A DNA stretch of 51,835 nucleotides from a virus (Duplodnaviria; Caudoviricetes): IMG/VR virus record IMGVR_UViG_3300034147_000031, positions 1 to 51,835 of that record; one strand, given 5' to 3'. Within the stretch, counting starts at the first letter, position 1. Every line of letters begins with the position of its first letter. Under the pieces are notes generated by a model. It was not told where the DNA came from, made no database searches, and worked only from the letters and a program-made list of their open reading frames with translations. Positions 49,487 through 51,835 of the stretch are shown here, one piece after another. The position numbers and the translations under genes were made by a program.

Positions 49487-50101
49487 CTATTCGTCTTCCT
49501 CTTCATCTTCATCGAGATCGAGGCTGTCCATCATGCTCCCGCGCTTAGCGGCCCCTCTCCTATTCTTGGGCGGCGACAGCTTCGTGCCGGGTTTAACCCA
49601 CTGGCCCGTTTCCACTATCGTGCCATCGCCAAGCTCGTGCAGGATTTGTTCGCGCATGGCGCCGTCTGGTCGCTTCACTGGCCGCCCGGTAGTGTACGCA
49701 TCGACAACTTGGCCATTGTCAATCGCGGCAGCGTTCGCCTGCGCGGCGGCAGTGCGGGAGCGCGCATACTGGTCCCGCACCCCTATCAGCCGCTCGTTGT
49801 TTGCCGCTTTCCATTCATTCTGACTTTTAGTGAACGCCTGTGACTGGGCTTGCCGCGTAGCTGCCGCGCCCCTAGTTGCCTCGCCCTCTTCGCGGATACG
49901 CCTGTCGGTCGCCTCGGCTAGATCAATCCTGAGGCCACGATCCTCTGCCCGCTCTTCGCCACGAATTGCCTGACGCCGCTGCTCCTTGGCCAGTTCGCGG
50001 GCGTTCTCCAGCGCTTCCTCGCGGCGCTTCTGGATGTCCTTGCCAACGGTCTGCATGGCCTCGCCAAGGCCACCAATCGCGCCGAGCAATCCCGCTTTCA
50101 T
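49487..50101 (-). CDS. putative ejection/internal virion protein
   Basis: GLLGAIGGLG N-terminus plus coiled coil; upstream of the giant gene. Confidence 0.55.
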   Translation of the reverse strand: MKAGLLGAIGGLGEAMQTVGKDIQKRREEALENARELAKEQRRQAIRGEERAEDRGLRIDLAEATDRRIREEGEATRGAAATRQAQSQAFTKSQNEWKAANNERLIGVRDQYARSRTAAAQANAAAIDNGQVVDAYTTGRPVKRPDGAMREQILHELGDGTIVETGQWVKPGTKLSPPKNRRGAAKRGSMMDSLDLDEDEEEDE

Positions 50102-50769
50102 TTGCCAAGGTCCCTTCGGTTAAGGGTTTTCGCCTCCGGCTCTTCGTCCTCTTCTACCGGGTTCTGGTCGGCCATGGCCATAGCAATCGCCCGCTCGCTC
50201 TGCTGCTCGTAGCCCGGCAAGATGTCGTCGCCGCGCCCTTCCTTCGCCGCTTCGTCGAGCGCTTGGAATTGCTGCTTGGCCACTTCCGGGTCGATGCGGC
50301 CACCCTCCCCGGTGTTGGCCTCGCGGTACATATCCAGCGCATTGTACCAAGCGCCCTGAATTTCGGCCTCCTTGAATTCGTGGATTTCCGCCGCCTCCGC
50401 GACCTCGATCAACTGCTCCATGATCTCGCGGCCAGCGTGGAAAATCACGTCATCGTCAATGGGCATATTGTTGCGCTTGGCATCCTGCTCCACCATCGTC
50501 ACCACCCACACCGTGGTCTGGGCCAGCGTGTCGATGGGCTTGTTGCCGGTGGACAGGCGCCCGAGAATTTGATCCTCGACCTTGCCCGCATCGGTGTAAA
50601 TCATCTCCATCGCGTTGTTGACGAACGCATCATACTGTTGCTGCTCTTCTGGCGAGACGTTGGGGGTCTCGTCCTCTTCCATCTGCTCGCCGGGATTGAA
50701 ACCAACAGGCGCAGTGCCAGCCGCTTGGCCGGGGCCACCGAACAATAGACCACCGCCTTTGACCACCAT
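50098..50769 (-). CDS. hypothetical acidic virion-module protein
   Basis: ATG at 50769 after AGGAG; E.PNVSPEEQQQYDAFV. Confidence 0.65.
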   Translation of the reverse strand: MVVKGGGLLFGGPGQAAGTAPVGFNPGEQMEEDETPNVSPEEQQQYDAFVNNAMEMIYTDAGKVEDQILGRLSTGNKPIDTLAQTTVWVVTMVEQDAKRNNMPIDDDVIFHAGREIMEQLIEVAEAAEIHEFKEAEIQGAWYNALDMYREANTGEGGRIDPEVAKQQFQALDEAAKEGRGDDILPGYEQQSERAIAMAMADQNPVEEDEEPEAKTLNRRDLGK

Positions 50770-50779
50770 TGCCCTGCTC

Positions 50780-51679
50780 CTAGATGAAGACGACTTCGCC
50801 GTTGACGATCTGGTAGCGCCCACTCGTCTGCCTCGGGGCCATCGCCTGTTCGAGGATACCGGACCTCTTTGCGGCGTCGAAATCCGTCCCCGCATACTTG
50901 AACCACGGCTCTTGGTTGGTCGGGACCAAGTCCTTCTTGCCGCTGTAGATATTGCGGTAGCCATAGTTGAAGGCGTAGCGGTCGGCATCGGCCTTATCCG
51001 CCTCCAGCCTAAGCGAAGCCTCATCGGCTCCAGCCTTACCCTTGGCAAAGCCGGAGATGATCTGGCCACCAGCCGAAAGCAGGCTCGGTGCGAGCGTGCT
51101 GAGCAGGCCACCGCTGGCTGCCGTTGTGGCCGCAGGCGCTGCTGCCGCCGCAGCGCTACCAAAGCTCGCCGCGCTGCCAAGCGTACCCGCCGCCGCGCTC
51201 TCCATCACGCCCGCCGCCGCTCCCTCCACCAACGGCATACCCGCCGCGCCCAGCCCGCCCGCTGCCTGACCTGCCGCGCCTACTGCCGTGCTTGCCACCT
51301 TGCTGCCGAAAAGGCCGCCCGGTCCCATCCCTCCGATGCCGAAGCCGCCTGCAACCCCGCCCGTGGCCGCGCCGACGAGGAAGCCCTTGGTGGCCCCCTT
51401 CATGACGCCGGTTCCGGTGAGGCCGCCGAGAGCGCCGCCAGTGACGGCACCCACGGCGCCCATACTTATGGCGCCCGATAAGACAGACGTTAATCCGGCG
51501 GATAAGCCAAGCCCCCCTGCGCCTAGCAGCCCCCCTAGTCCCGCCGCACCAAAGACGCCCAGCGCTGCGCCGCCCGTGAGGACGATGGCGCCGACGATCA
51601 GCGCGGGAATGGCGATCTTCTTGGCGACCTTGACTACCTTCTTGAAGACCTTGCCGACCGATTTGAACGGGTTGCTCAT
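50780..51679 (-). CDS. Gly/Ala-rich membrane-active ejection (pilot-like) protein
   Basis: MSNPFKSVGKVFKKVVKVAKK amphipathic helix + long Gly-rich hydrophobic segments. Confidence 0.7.
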   Translation of the reverse strand: MSNPFKSVGKVFKKVVKVAKKIAIPALIVGAIVLTGGAALGVFGAAGLGGLLGAGGLGLSAGLTSVLSGAISMGAVGAVTGGALGGLTGTGVMKGATKGFLVGAATGGVAGGFGIGGMGPGGLFGSKVASTAVGAAGQAAGGLGAAGMPLVEGAAAGVMESAAAGTLGSAASFGSAAAAAAPAATTAASGGLLSTLAPSLLSAGGQIISGFAKGKAGADEASLRLEADKADADRYAFNYGYRNIYSGKKDLVPTNQEPWFKYAGTDFDAAKRSGILEQAMAPRQTSGRYQIVNGEVVFI

Positions 51680-51835
51680 GCCGCCTCCTCCCATGCGCGG
51701 GATAGCCGCATCTCGTGGTCCATCTCGTACTGTTCGCCGACCAGCCTGAAGCCCTTGCGGGTGTAGAGCTTGGCCATCTTCTCGCCGCCCGGAACCGCGT
51801 CCGACCACGTCAGGATTATCTCGATCACCTTGGGG
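51676..51835 (-). CDS. C-terminal fragment of a GNAT-like protein
   Basis: ...KLYTRKGFRLVGEQYE... GNAT-type motif; ATGA overlap with next gene. Confidence 0.5.
   Translation of the reverse strand, partial: PKVIEIILTWSDAVPGGEKMAKLYTRKGFRLVGEQYEMDHEMRLSRAWEEAA

Overview
The window is part of a GC-rich dsDNA tailed-phage genome, probably podovirus-like. The host is probably an alphaproteobacterium, judged from a LexA-like DNA-binding domain and the promoter style. Minus-strand virion and packaging genes lie at both ends. On the left are the portal, a P22-type large terminase split into two genes 6.1 kb apart with tail-fibre genes between them, and a DUF2280-type small terminase ~8 kb further upstream. 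On the right are probable ejection proteins and a 3399-aa polyvalent protein. The middle holds a plus-strand early operon (MoxR AAA+/VWA-like pair and many small genes), a minus-strand replication module (initiator, primase-helicase, VRR-NUC) and a plus-strand RecE/RecT-type recombination module. No integrase, capsid, DNA polymerase or lysis cassette is recognisable. Main unusual signals: (1) most early gene junctions carry one of two families of conserved, covarying hairpins (12 copies) running from the upstream stop codon to the next RBS; (2) the split, dispersed terminase; (3) strong window-wide enrichment of the palindrome TGGCCA/GTGGCCAC; (4) three long structured non-coding tracts, one containing tRNA-like modules; (5) a candidate -1 frameshift in an early gene. 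All product calls are from motif recognition by eye; no database search was run.
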